Source: Selaginella moellendorffii (lineage: Eukaryota > Plantae > Lycopodiophyta). From it: a stretch of DNA of 64,000 nucleotides. The notes below the pieces were generated by a model. That model saw nothing but the letters and a program-made list of their open reading frames with translations. It had not been told where the DNA came from and ran no database searches. How positions within the stretch are numbered: the first letter of the stretch is position 1; each line of letters begins with the position of its first letter. Positions 22,421-36,005 of this stretch are shown here, one piece after another. The translations under genes were made by a program, and so were the position numbers. The DNA lies in NCBI RefSeq assembly GCF_000143415.4, contig NW_003314276.1, positions 1,972,107 to 2,036,106 of the forward strand, in the 5' to 3' direction.

Positions 22421-23568
22421 TGTAAGGAACCAACTCGCCGAGGTGTCGTAGACTAAGGGAACCCCGAAAGCATGACCAAAATGACAAAGAGTTCATCGGA
22501 TGGGACCAAGTCAAAGATCGAGTCCAAGACTGACTCTAGGACCGAGTTCGAGATAGAGTCCGGAATCGAGTCCAAGACCGACTCGGGGACCGAGTTCGAG
22601 TCCGAGTTCGAGACCGAGTTCGAGACGGAGTCCGAGATCCGAAATCGGGTCCGAGACCGAGTCCGAAGTCGAGTCCGAGGTCGGGCCCGAGATCGGGTCC
22701 GAGATCGAGTCCGCGATCAAGTCCGAGACCGAATCCGAAGTCGGATCCGAAATCGGATCCGAGATCGAGCCAGAGACTAAGTCCAAATACTAATACGGGT
22801 CAAGGGGTGAAAGCCCAAAGCGTGCGTCCCCCAGGGGGGGGGGGCTGCAGGGGGTTCCAAAAGTATAGTAGGGATAGTGAGGTCCAGGAACCAGTTTTGA
22901 AGGGACTCTCTAGTTGGGCTTCCAAACCGACTTGAGGTTGGGACTGGGACTAAGGGGCCTTGGGTGAGAGTGAGCATGGACTTGGCTGGTGCCGGAGGGG
23001 CCATCCAAGGAAGTGCTCAAGAGCAGCTCCCACTCCCGAAAGGGAAACCGATTGCGGTGCTCCCGGCTCATGTGGAGTGGTGCCCCACTTGAGTACCATG
23101 CGGCTCATTGGTCCTCGCCCTGCCTAGGGGCTTGGGCCTTCCTTCGGGATGGAAGTGGGGGGCGAGAGGTACCCATACCGGGCCGTTAGGCCACGGTGTT
23201 TCGCCCCGGCGTCCCGAAGCAAGTGTTGCACTCAAGACTTGGGATTTAGAGGGTCCCATGATCAAGTCTTGTGGTACCAAGAGATGTTAGGAACCTGGAA
23301 GCTTGGTGTGCTTGGCTGCTTGTGCTTGCGGGGAGTGTAGCCGAACCTTAAGTCCAATCTAACCCGGGGAGGGGGATTGAGAGTGATTTGGGAATCCGTG
23401 GAAGGATGGCTAACACTCCGTTGCTCGTGCAGTGAGTAGCTGAAACCAAGTAGGAGCTGGTACCATAGGCGAGAACCTTGGCGAGGGAACTTAGCAAAAG
23501 CCAAGGCAGTGTTGGACGGATAGACGAGGTAAGCTGGCAAATTGGAAAGGAAAAATTTGTGGCTTACA
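22421..23568 (+). repeat. 3' LTR of element A
   Basis: Preceded by the PPT, followed by TSD CTTAT. Confidence 0.95.
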
Positions 23569-23696
23569 CTTATGTTTGAACATTATGATGAATCCAAAGT
23601 TTAACATCCTATACAAAGGATGAAAAACTTTCAAAATTTAATGTTAAAAGAAGTATTTGCAATTGCAACTTGGGAATTGATTGATTATGATGTTAG

Positions 23697-24208
23697 GAGG
23701 CTCAATTTAATTCAACCGAAATGAGGGTGGTGGTGATGGTGGTGATGGTAACACCAATAAAGGTGCTATAGTCACCGTTTGCGATGGAGCAAACGACCTG
23801 GTTGATGTGAGCAACAAGGTGACATGCAGTGGCTTCCTTGGCCCAACCGAGAGGATGATGGACATAAGCCTCGAAGATCTCTCCCGCTACTTCACCATGC
23901 CGATCACTCAGGCGTCCAAGGAGCTCAAAGTCAGCCACACTGTGCTCAAGAAGCGGTGCCGCGAGTCTGGGATCCCCCAGTGGCCTCACCGCAAGCTCAA
24001 GAGCCTCAAGAGCTTGATACACAAGAGCCAGGTTAGTGTTCTTTCCTTGTTCTTGGTTGAAAGTTCTTATGTGAACTTCTGGCTTTACTTGCCAGGAGTT
24101 AGCCAAGGATTCGGATGGAAACGCTCCAAACCCGGTGATCCATGCGGTTCACGAGCTGGAGAAGCAGAAGATGAAGATGGAGGAGAGCCCGGGGATGGAG
24201 CTGGATGA
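23697..24208 (+). pseudogene. RKD-type RWP-RK gene copy 2, 3'-truncated
   Basis: Inverted paralogue of 9712-10192 with the same intron (RWP changed to QWP). It breaks after MELDD at a junction with block X copy 3. Element A is inserted ~130 bp upstream. Confidence 0.8.
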
Positions 24209-24209
24209 T

Positions 24210-27200
24210 CAAGTATATTGTCTTTGCTTTCATTGACCAAGTATTTATAATCTTCATATGTTTGTTGTTTCTCTTCCACTAATATGAAATCAGAAAAGAT
24301 TTAAAGAAGTTGAATTGTAATTATGAAGTTTGTATATTTGTATAGGGCATGGTTGAAAGAAGAATATAACATCTAATCTACAACAAAACATTGGAAAAAC
24401 GTAAGTCCCATGTTTTTATATCGGTTTAATGATATAAGTTTGGGAAAAAAGTTCTATATATTAATGAGTACACAAGTTAATGAAATAGGTTTGTGAATAA
24501 GCTTGTGTAAGTTTAAGTGACCAAACACCATAGATCTATAATTGGTTTGCTTAAGCAAACTTGAAGATGCTTGGATATTCTCCTATTTAATGGTTGTTGT
24601 TCATTTAGATTAATCTTTTCTTTATAATTTGTGAACATGTTTATAATTTATAAAATTTCCTTCTAGTATATTCTTTTCTATTCTACTATTGATATAATCT
24701 TGATTTATAAATTATAAATATGTTTATCAATATTGCTCAATTAAATTATTACTACTATCAAGTAAACCAAGAAAATTATTTATGAGATAAGTATTTTCTC
24801 AAATATTTTTATCTCTTCACCATGGTGTGCTAGCTAAGATCCTTTTGCTTGTTTTCAGGTTGTTTGGGTTTGATTGATGGCTCCATCAACCTTGCATCAC
24901 ACACTTTCCTCACAAAGTTTACCAACAAGCTCCTGAGAAAAGCTTTTCTCTCATTTTGATTAAGTTCTTTGGAATTAAAGCATATTCCTTCTGTGATACG
25001 ATGGAGTTCCCTCGTTCTGACACAGCACTCCTAGTTCTCAGGCAACTCCCAAGCACCTAAATGAAAAGTAACCTTCCAAGGCAACATGAGTGTAATACCC
25101 TCTCCACAATAAAATTGTATGTCCATTCCCATCCCTGAAATAGCATGTCATTAATGAAAAAGTCAAAAGAATATGTGTAAGGAGATAAGCTCCAAAGCTT
25201 CCACAACTTTTCATTGCCAAGCTTCAATTTCCTCAAAACAGCTTAAAGATAGGGACTTCTAACTAGCTTGACCATCTTGGCCTAAGAATCGCGTAAACTA
25301 AATACCTTGTGAAGGTTATAAAACAAAACAAAAAAGCTATGAACTAGTGAAAAATTATAATACCTATGACCATCATGCTTCGTAGGGCACTCTCCAGTTA
25401 CTCCAAATGAGTAGTGCAAGAAGAAGTGTGTCATCGTGACAGTGACACCAGAGTACTTCTGAACTTGGGGCGGAAAACTTCTCGAATGGCAGGCATGTCT
25501 CTACACTGAGCGAGCACGTGAGTAGTGGATTCCGTCCAGATTTCTCTCCTGGATCTGTGAGTGGAGCCTCTTCTCTGCTAAGTCGCCGCGTGCCTTGAGC
25601 GCCACCATGAAAAGTCTGAGCGTTTGGCTGCCGGTTTGCTCGTAGCGCTCAAGAGCAAAGGTTGTTCTCGGCATATCCCAGGAAATGATGTTTTGCTGCT
25701 CCATACAAAGTCTCAGCGTTTGGAGGCAGGCCAGCTTCTCGTTGCATCTGATAGAAGACGTGCATGTCCCATGATGATCGTGTTCCAGGCAACCAACGTC
25801 ATGTTTATTTGTCCTCCTCAACACTTCTGATGCTTCCACATGTCCACGAGGCTGCTTGCGACGAATGCATCGGCTTTGTATTCACAATTTGCGAGGTAGC
25901 CCAACCTATCCTGTTCTTCGTCCCATCCTGTTGAACAACCTGTGTTGCAAGCCGCAGTGTAGACTTCGACCATACTTTCACAATTGCACTTGCTTGATTC
26001 CCGGCTTATGATGCTCTTGACTCTGGAGAAACTTATCTGGCTGCTATGCCCTGCACTGCTTCTTCTCATCGAAGTTGAGATTTGAGCGCCTGCAAGAACA
26101 GAGAGCAAAAGTAGTACATTACCTTTTCTCAAACCTTTCGTCTCAAGCAACTTCTCTGGCCTTTGGAGGCTGCTCCCCCGTCACTCTAGAGGATAGCTCA
26201 GTCAAATTGAAACTTGGTAGGTTCTTGCTCTGTGGAAACCCAGTCCATTTTCTGAGCCAGCTGTGGAATAACTTCCAAGTCTGGTGACTTCCACCAGTCG
26301 ACCCTTGTATGTGATCTTCACCGTCCGTGAGCAAGAGCCTGCTGTCTTCTTGCTCTGCAACTTCATCTCCTTGAAGATTGTTTGTACACAATCTTCCATG
26401 TGACAACGCATGCAACATAGCTGACTTACGCGTCACTGCCAGTGTTGGCAGGACACTTAGAGGAGAATCCCAGAGTGCCATTGCTGTGCGAACCACGAGT
26501 GTGAGCTTCCAGCTGTTTCTTCTCAGTTGGAGGATCGTCCACTACAACTTCGATCTGCCACCCGGGATCCTGAAAGATCGCATTACTGCGCTGCTTCCTT
26601 CGAGATAACATCCATCGCACGAGCAAAAAGCACGCGAGCAGCACCAAGATCGCAACCAAAACCCAGAGAAGAAGCTGGAGCAGCGACCATGGCGTCCTCC
26701 GAACCACTGTAACTACTGCTGCGGGTGTTGGTGTGGCCACTGCTGCGTCGTGACCGTCGCGACGATGGTGGTGCTGGTGGTGGTTGTGGTGGTGGTGGTG
26801 GTAGTGGTGGTGGTGGTGGTTGTGGCGTCCTCCATGGTGGTGACCCTGGTGATGGTGGTGAACAACCAGAGGAGCTCCATCACCGTGATGATGATGGTAC
26901 ACTGCTGCTGCTGGAGCTGGATCGTCGTGGCGAGCATCAGGCGCTGGAGCTAGATGAGCAGGGTGGCCGCGAGCAGGGTGAACGAAAGCAGCTGGCGCTG
27001 GGGCTCGAACTGGAGCGTCACCTTGAAGAACTGGAGCTAAAGCTGGCGCTGGCTCGGGGCCTCCTCGAGGATGGTGTCCATGGTGGTCTGCTCGATGTGC
27101 TGGAGCTAGAGCTGGAGGTCGCGGGTGTGAAGGTCGGTGATGGCCGCCATGCCAGGGCGCTGGAGCTCGGCGGGCAAGCGTTGGGGCGGCGTGAGCGCGA

Positions 27201-28545
27201 GAGACCATAGCTTACCTGACGAGAGCTTCGACAATAGAAAAATCCAAGCGAGAAAGATTATAACCTAACCCTTGACTACTTTTGGTTTTAACGAGTAGCT
27301 GGTGACGCTGTGGATTGTCAGACTTGAACGCGGGAAAAAGAAACACAAGATAAATATCTATCCATTGCTGTTTTGATATTCTCACGGTGCAACATTGATA
27401 TTGATCCACAGCTCCTCCAGAGTAAAATCGGTCAAAACGCCTGGAACGATCCAACAATCGAACATATTTGGAGATGCTTGTGTCGATCCCAAAAATCCAA
27501 TTCTAGTACTCATCCTGGCATTTCAAGAGCTTTTTAAGAGATGAGGTTTGGAAGGTTTCTACTCCTTGCAAAGCTGTTCCAGATCATACCAATTTGATTT
27601 ATATTGTGTTGGTTTTACCAATTGCTTTACTCATCCTCTTGAATAACAGTGCAAAGCAAAACACTAGCCTTGTTCCTCCTCCTCTAGTGAATATTATTAC
27701 TATAGTATGTATTATTATTATAGTTTTTAGTAACACTAATATTATTTGGTATTTTGGTTTGCTAGTAAACATATTTAGCTACATAATTGTAGAGCTAAAA
27801 GTCTTTTAAAATGAGCAACTTTTCTTTCTTACAAAATTTCAAAATTGGAAACATCATCTTCACATTCTTTCAAAGTTTAAGCGCATTTGCTTTTGGTATC
27901 TCATAGCCCCTGAACAAACAAATAGAGATATTGTGCACTCTTGATCAATTCAAAGAAACTAATCATTAAAAGCTTACTAGGTGATGTACAATCTGCTAAT
28001 AGAAAGAGCCAGGTCAACAAAAGGAGTCATTAAGAATAAAGCTTTAAAATATACTAGTAGACTAAAGAATATTTTCTTAATGTTTTAGTGGCAATATTTT
28101 TATTAAAGAGGCATTTTTAAAAAATAGTAATTTAAAAAATATTTAAATATGAGTGGCAATATTTCCTAATTAATAGAGGTTTTGCCTTGTCACCTAATTT
28201 ACAGAATGTAAGGTCCAAGTGTATAGCTACAATACCATATACTAATATTACCATAATGGGATTTTAGTAGTTGTCGGATTGGTTTCAATTTGAACCACTC
28301 GCTCCTATATATAAACTATGGTTTTTGGGATAATTGAGATATATATTTTTTATATTCCTTTTCCATATTCTATGCATTCATATTGGTAGAGTTAAAAAGC
28401 ACCTTTGATTGTCCTTGAGGAGTGCTTGGATTTAGGATTATAGTTTAAATTTAGCTTTTATATTGTTTAGATTTAACTTTTTCCATTTCCTTTCTTTTGT
28501 TCTTTCCTTTTTCAGGATTTTGGTTTAGATTTAGCTTTTGCATTG
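24210..28545 (-). repeat. Segmental duplication block X, copy 3
   Basis: Reverse complement of 4990-7890; direct repeat of 10900-14262. Confidence 0.85.
26426..27208 (-). CDS. His/Pro/Ala-rich transmembrane protein, paralogue of 12165-12941
   Basis: 260-aa ORF; the indels relative to the paralogue all preserve frame. Confidence 0.45.
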   Translation of the reverse strand: MVSRAHAAPTLARRAPAPWHGGHHRPSHPRPPALAPAHRADHHGHHPRGGPEPAPALAPVLQGDAPVRAPAPAAFVHPARGHPAHLAPAPDARHDDPAPAAAVYHHHHGDGAPLVVHHHHQGHHHGGRHNHHHHHYHHHHHNHHQHHHRRDGHDAAVATPTPAAVVTVVRRTPWSLLQLLLWVLVAILVLLACFLLVRWMLSRRKQRSNAIFQDPGWQIEVVVDDPPTEKKQLEAHTRGSHSNGTLGFSSKCPANTGSDA

Positions 28546-28927
28546 TTCAAATCTCCCTTTCCTTCTAGCTATTTTTTTCATTTATCTTCTTTTGCTATTT
28601 TATTTTCATTCATCTTTATGGTAGATCAATAGTCTCCTCCTTTGACTTTTGAGCAGCAATTGGTGCAATTGTTTGATGCTATGCGATTATGATTGGATAA
28701 CCAAACTCAATTGATGGCGGCATTCATGGCACATGGTATAGCTCCTTTTGCCCTTAGTGCCAATTTTCGCGTTTGGCCGGAGTTCTTTCGTGGGAATCTT
28801 TGGGATGATGTGTTCTATTAGTTCAATCATTTCACAGTGATTGCCACATATCATTCTTGGGATGATGTTCGACGTTTGTGTAAGTTTCCCACATGTTTCC
28901 AAGGGACAGCATTGCAGTGGTACAATG

Positions 28928-31900
28928 TGTAGGCGACTAATTTTTCCATTCTACTTTAGCCACTTAACCACACCTCCAACCGCATGGAGGAGTCTCACTC
29001 ACAACCTCCATAAGTCTTATTTCAGACTTGGGCTTGCTAGCCCCGAGAATGGCATCCCCGCCACTCAACCTATGCACTTGATCCAAGTGCTCCACGTGTC
29101 TGATCCCATGACCGACACCCCAAGGTACCATCAACATATCAGCCCCTTATGCTAAGGCCATGCCCCTTTACCTTGGTCACACCGGTGGACTAACACCACC
29201 TGCATCACAGTCCCATCTCTCAAAGACTGGGCCATCCGTCCATGAGTGATCATTCCAGATCCACTCCTTAGCATCCTTAGGATGCCCACAGATATGGGGA
29301 ATAGCTTTCCCCAATATCCCTTTTCCGGTCTTCACCAAGTCCCTTTCTGCCCATGGCCGTGTTTGCCAACACTGCCACTGGATCGAGGCCCACAGGCCCG
29401 ACCATTAAGTCCCACAGTCCTCTGGGACTTCCTCACCACTCAACTGTATCCTTGGTCACTACACCAGAGGACTACTCCTCCTCCTTTCCATAGTCTGGGC
29501 CTTTGGGACAACATTTCGGAACACCGTGGCCCTACTCGGGCCTTATGGGTACTCTCCTCGCCTTTTGCCTTTGGGTGCTCTAGCCATGGGCTTAGAGCGA
29601 GGTTCCGTTGAGCCACACCAGGTATCCAAGTAGGTAATGCCACCCACACTTGGACTGGGAGTATCGGGCAGTCGATCTCCTGGGGGAACTAGAGCCGGCT
29701 CTTGAACACTTCACCAAGCTACCCCGCTTGTCAGTTTGTGTTCACTCTAGTCTTGGACTTCCCAGTGGGCAGCTCATCACCCAACACTGGGTCCAGCCTT
29801 CCTGGGCCAAACTGGCCTTTCCTGGCCAAACTGGCCTTTCCTGGCCAAACTGGCTCCACTGTAGTCCTCCCCCTACTATACTTTTGGAGCTCACCAAACC
29901 CCCCAGGGTTTGGGAGACGAACGCTTTGGGCTTTCACCCTCTCAGGCTTGAACTCGGACTCGGCCTCGGACTCGGACTCGGACTCGGACTCGGACTCGGA
30001 TTTGGACTCGGACTCGGACTCGGCCTCGGCCTTGGTCTCGGTCTCGGTCCCGATCTTGGTCTCGGTCTTGGTCCCGGTCTCGGTCTTGGTCCCGGTCTCA
30101 ACTTCGGACTCCATCTCGGGTCCATCTTGGACTCCATCTTGGACTCCATCTCGGGTCCTTCTCGGACTCCATCTCGGACTCCATCTCGGGTCCATCTCGG
30201 GTCCATCTTGAGTCCATCTCGGACTCTATCTCGGACTCCATCTCGGGTCCATCTCGGACTCCATCTCGGGGTCCTTCTCAGACTCCACTTCGGACTCAAA
30301 CTCGGGTCCATCTCGGACACTTCCATGTGTCATGTGTTGGTCCTTTTGAGTCCCTTTTTGGAGCCTCGCTTATTGCTCTCTTTGTGCTTGTTTCTCGAGC
30401 ACTTTGTTGGGAGTTCCACTCCCGCTCTCGACCTTTCAAGGCAGAGCTTTTAGTACGAACGTGTTACGCTTGTTTGGCTTTCACTTCAGCCACTACCACG
30501 TGGCGCCCCTCCAGCTCCACTTTGGGGCCTAGGGATTTTGTGTCTCACAACTCCACCACCCATAGACAAAGTTCGATGTCCTCATCGAACGGTAAACCAT
30601 TTTATAAAGTAACACCCGCATGTGTTACCATTTCCATCCTTGGCACCTAGCCAATATTTGTCAATGGTTTGACGTTGAAGGCTCACCATGCCTTCACCAT
30701 ATTCGTCAATGGTTTGTCACCAAAGGCTCACCATGCCTTGCCCATCCTCTAAGGAGAGTAGTCTCTCCAACTTAGAGACTGATTGGACCACATGTCGTGG
30801 TTCTCTCCTTTTATTGGTTTAGTTCTCGCTAAACCTCTTAGAGACCCTTCTCTAAGTCAATCCCACTACTCCTCGAGTAGTCTCAATTTCCATCTATTAA
30901 ACGTTTGCACCTTGGAACTTTTACTCTTTTGACTTTTGGAAGTCAATTTCCTAGGTGTCTCCAACACCTTACATTGCACAGATTGTGCAACTCCACTTCC
31001 CCATCCTAGGAAGTTCGTTACTTGAGGGCACCATCATCCTCTCTTTTATTTCGTGCCACCTTGGGCACTAAGTTCCATTTATCATACTTTGTGCTAAGGC
31101 TATCCATGGCCCTATCATTTGGCTACCTTACCGCTCCCTCCCTTGGAGCTTCCACTTTCGCCAAATCGGAGCAATTCGGAATCCATCCTTGGAAACACAC
31201 TTCCTTTCCCGCAATTTGTTAGCGTCCAACACATTAGTGTTCCTCGCCTAACTTTGTCACTTGGATTCCTTCCCAGGGATTCCACAGCCCTATCTTGGCC
31301 ACTCATCTTTTGCTCCTATCCGTTGATTGTTGCACCAAGCAACATCGAATCTCTACTTCCCTCTTTGAGGCATTCTTTTGATTCCATAGTAAAGGCTCTG
31401 CTTTGCCAAGACTAGGGTGTTCACCCCTAGTAAGTCTCTTTAGCATCTTCTGCTGTGGGCTCTATCCATGGCCCAACTTTGTGACCCTCCCATAGGTCTC
31501 TTTAGAGACTACTTTCCTTGGACACACTATGTTATCGCAATGATATAGCTCATTTCCCTAAGGTGCTTTCCCCACTTGGTCACCTTGACCAAGCCACACC
31601 ATCATCAATAGTTTAAATCAACACTTTGAACTAGGAACCTTATTCCTTAACCCAAACAAGAACCTTGTCCTTATTTAGCCACAAGATCACCTAGTGATTT
31701 CACCTCGGCACCTTAACAAGTTTGCCAATAGGTACTAGGTCTTCCAGACCTTTAACTTGTTAACTACGACCCCGGGGGCATCCCCCACACTTGGCGGTGC
31801 GCCCAAGCCAGCCCTTCCGGCCAAGGGTCCATAGCAACTGAGATTGGGTGTCCCCGTCTCATTCACCACGTCTTTGGTGCCATTGGCACCAAAGTGTTCA

Positions 31901-32783
31901 AGTTAGATATGCTGAGCCACACTAAGCAATCTAACCGTGCATCACGACTCCGGGGCATCCCCCGCTTGGCGGTGTGCCCAAGCCAATTTCCTCATTGAGA
32001 GTCCATGACCACCGAAATATGAGTGTCCTCATATTCTAAACCATCACCACGCCCTAGTGATTTGGGACTCGAACCCAAGCACTAGAGGGTCGGGACTCAA
32101 ACCCAACCTCTGTATATGCATCTACGGACGGCATCACCCAGGATGCCTGGCGTGACTCCCCACGCCGGTGCACCAACTTATACTCAGAGCGCGCTACAGA
32201 TCACAGCTTAGGAACCTAATTCCTCCACACTACCAAGTCCTCTCACTTGACAAGTCTGTGATCATGCATGGACTCTTCCATGCTTGGCCCCATGGCCCAC
32301 CCTTTTTGAAGTTATCACCTTCAACTAGGGTATTTGTTCCTTTGACTTGCCAATCTCACTTGGCAAGTCCTCCGACCACTGTGACATGGTTAAGGATGAA
32401 CCTACCTGATAGCCTAGGGAGTGGTTCCTCAATCCAGGTATGCTCACTCTATAATCCCACATACCGGGATTACGTTGTTGCTTATGGGCCTTTGCATGCC
32501 CATCGCTAGCCTTGCCAAAATTCCATTTTTGGCTTTGTCCAATTCGAGTAGACAGTCTTCTCCTGCCTCCGCCACCTTGGACATTTGGATAGCACCTACT
32601 ATCCATCATTCGCTAGGGACTTAGTCCCTTGGGCTTTATCTACTGCCCTCGCGACATCAAACACCACCTCCTAGTGTTCTAGAGTGTTCGGGTGTCCCAA
32701 TAACGGCTTCCTTGAGAATGAGTATTTCCTTTTATGACATTAACTTACTATATCACAACATAAGTAATTTATCCCCCGTAAAA
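28928..32783 (-). mobile_element. Truncated non-autonomous LTR element B (3' LTR 28928-30549 plus non-coding internal part), relative of element C
   Basis: Reverse complement aligns with 46540-51069; PPT at 30550-30561; cut off at the start of the DNA transposon. Confidence 0.88.
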
Positions 32784-33222
32784 GCTCTATTTCGTTAAAG
32801 TGGGAATTGTTATTATCCCACTTGTAAAATAAGGTTTCCAAACCTTTATATAGTATATAAATATAACAAAATTCAACTGCATTGAGGCACATGCCATTTT
32901 ATTTTAAACAAGGAAATATCTACTCAATCACTTCTCCTCCCCCTGCCACTGCTTCACCTCTCTCTTCTCCTTGTCATCGTCGTCCAATTTCTTTCCATCC
33001 TTTTAATATTGGCTCAGTTGCTCCGAGTCTAGGTGGAGCCCAAGTCCCCATTCAATCTTTACTTTCCCCTTATTAATAAAACAACTTCGTAGACTTCCAA
33101 TAACATGCTGTAACACTTCTAGTATAATGCAAATCCTCTCAAAGAATTGTCTTTTAATATTAATACAATGGCATGGAACCCCATACCATAATAAGTTACA
33201 TTTTTAAATAAATACATGCCAT

Positions 33223-34087
33223 CTCAGACTGTTATTTTTTGCCTCCAACGCCTATACAATAATCTTGGAATTTCATCACTCTCCACACTATCAGGATTTA
33301 AACCCAATAGTAATGCCATCTCTTCTCTAATATGTCCACGCTCATGTTCAGTGGTCGAAGAACCCATCCGGTTGAGCAGATTATGGAGATGCGGATAGTG
33401 CTTGGCTAGACAATATACATGCCATAAATGATGACTGGTGTCTGTCCGATCAAATGGCTTCTAATATACCGTTCCATCTGCCATTTGGTTGATTTCTGCA
33501 GCCACCTCCTGGACTGGCCGGTTCTCTATCACCATCGCTCCAAGCCGTTTTGCAAGGTCCCCCAGAACATATGGTTTCTTCTCCCTAGTTTCCATACTGC
33601 AAGAGATGGGGTGCATTGTATATGTGTGCGTGTTCGCTGCAGTTTTAATCGGTGAGTCATCGATGATGAGGATTTCACTTGACCTAGCAGTCCGGTTCAT
33701 CACTACACCCTCTGGCTTGACGAAGATGGGCTTGCTACCCCTCACATGGACCATAGTCAAGCAATCCTCCTGCGTTAGGAGAAAGTCAAATGGTAATATT
33801 ATTCGCGTCTGATCGTGCATCATCTGTAGCAACGTTAATGCATTGTGACGCATCATGGATGTCCAAACTCCCAATTGCAAATTGAACCCGGCCCTCTGTT
33901 TTAAGTGTCGCATGGTCATTATTAGATCCCGCAGTTTCTCCCGTGTGATTAATGTGAATCTGTCTCTTTTGACCAACTTGCGACCGCAGGCTTTGGAGGG
34001 TGCAATGACATTCGAGGACGAGCCACGCTCATGGGAGAAAAGGACACCGTTCAGATAAAAAACGATACAGTACCTTCGCCGTGACTC
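33223..34087 (-). pseudogene. FCP1/NIF-like HAD-superfamily phosphatase domain (last exon), degenerate
   Basis: YCIVFYLNGVL (DLNGxL motif I with D>Y), GVWTSMMRHN and ILIIDDSPIK motifs; in-frame TAG at 33461; acceptor TTTCAG at ~34088. Confidence 0.6.
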
Positions 34088-34129
34088 TGAAATGAAATGC
34101 GTCAGCATAAAAAATGGTACAAGTCAATT

Positions 34130-35850
34130 TTACCATCTACAATATTAGCGAATGGTGCTCCCGATGGTCGTTGAGAGGGTTTTGGTCGAGGAAACGTGAA
34201 GGGCAGAAATACTCTCCTCTGCAATGTGGGGTCAATCGCATCCGATGGCGTGTGGGCACATGCCATTTCAGCTGTAGACTCTGGTACAACTGGCTCAACA
34301 GTGGCATAGGGTGCCTGGTGCCTCCGTTGGCAAAGTGGACATGACTGAATAGGCAGCAGGGGCGGTGTAGGGAGGTTCCAACGGCGAGTAGTCAGACGAT
34401 TGGGCACACGTTGAGTCCGTTGGAAATGAGGATACGACCGGCTCGGCGGCTGGGGCGGCCTCATGCGGGTCTAATGGCGCCTGGTCACCGTCAGTTGGAT
34501 ACGTGGACAAGATTGACTCAGTGGTATGGGCAGCATCAAGTGGAGCGTGGTCAGCTTGCTTGGCGTTGATATGGATAGTAGCCTCCACCAGCTCTGATGA
34601 CTCTTGCAGGCAAGTAGAGTCCACTGGCGGATCCATATGCATGTCCAAATATCTCCCTTCGATTGAGATGGTATCCTCCCTACTGGCTACTAAAAACAAA
34701 CTCATTAGCACATTGAATCAATTATACTGTATTTACCATCAACTGCTATTGAGGAACTAGGACCTATATCACTTGGGCGCACTGTTGATTCTGAAGGATT
34801 GGACATACGTTTCGACCCTTGCTTGGCACTATCCTTCCTCGACACTAAAGGCTAGAGTTTGTATCTTAATTCAACTGAATAATCTCTACTTACCATTTCT
34901 TCTGCGACCTACATGGACAATGTTAGAAATGGTAAAAGGTTAGGAATGGATGTACTATTATTTACCTGATGGTTTGTTTTGTATGACCTTCCTCCGCTGC
35001 TCTTTGGCCACCTTAGGCTGGCCATCGTCGTCATCATCATCGTCGTCGTTATTGTGATCGTCACCATTGTGAGGACCATCCAAGTCCTCTTCGTCCTCCT
35101 CTTCTTCGTCCTCCTCTTCTTCGTCCTCCTCTTCGTCCTTCTGCTCTTCCTGCTCATTATCTTTCTCTGGCTCCTCATCCCCCTCCTGCATTTCTTCCAT
35201 AGGCTGCTCAGGCTGGATGGCTTGTTCTTCCAGGACCATCTTGGGAAAATCATCTGGCCGAGTCTCCATCTCAAAATACAAGACATCCATAGCCTGTTTT
35301 AGTGCGTGACCTAGGACCGTATCCTCACCTGACTGTCTTAACATGGTTTCTGCACGTTTTTGCACCCTTCGAAGACGACGAGATGAGAAAAACATGGCCC
35401 TGACTTGAAAAGCATCCCTCATCCATTGTACCTCTCCATTGAGATTGGGGAAGGGGAGTCTGCCATAGGAATCTGAGTCAGGAGGTGGTGATTGGCTGCT
35501 TTCACTCAGCCCTTGATCTGCAATGAATGGCATGAGCACACACGCCATAACCGCGAGGCATTACCTATCATCTTTTCGTTGCCCTTCTTCCTTTTCGAAT
35601 CAAACGCCTCTGATCCTGACGACTGTCCAACGTGCTTTCGCTTTTTATGACCACTGTCAGTTTGAGCTTGGCTGGTGCTTGCCTGTTTTGCCTTTGAAGA
35701 AGTGTCTCCTGCAAGGAATGGCATGAGACCACACGCCATTGCAAATATAATTTGTACCTCCTTTTTTCCTATTGCTTGTTTGTTTGTCCTTCTTCGACGC
35801 GCCACCAGTGCGCTTTTCAGTCCTCGTGTCTGAATATTCACAACGATCTA
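34130..35850 (-). CDS. Exon fragments of a low-complexity protein (Pro/Thr-rich, very acidic D/E tract, basic NLS-like KKRK segments)
   Basis: ORFs 34295..34711, 34958..35548 and 35506..35841 are separated by short GT-AG-like introns; they may belong to the phosphatase or ParB gene. Confidence 0.4.
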
Positions 35851-36005
35851 TAATCAAAATGGCGTGAGGCCTCACGTGACCTTAGCTTGTGCAGGTTGTG
35901 AGCTCGGCCCAACATGGGTATCTTTAACAGTAGCTGTTAACGCCGTTTCAGCATCTGGGGGTGGCCACGCTCCTGCATACAGAGCTTGTGAGATAACATT
36001 TAAAC

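Larger units (their letters stand above)
16025..23568 (+). mobile_element. Full-length Ty3/gypsy chromovirus LTR retrotransposon (element A)
   Basis: TG..CA LTRs 16025-17175 and 22421-23568 (about 7 substitutions plus a poly-G indel); TSD CTTAT at 16020-16024 and 23569-23573; PBS TGGTATCGGAGC 17179-17190; PPT GGGTGGTGGAGT 22409-22420. Confidence 0.97.
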
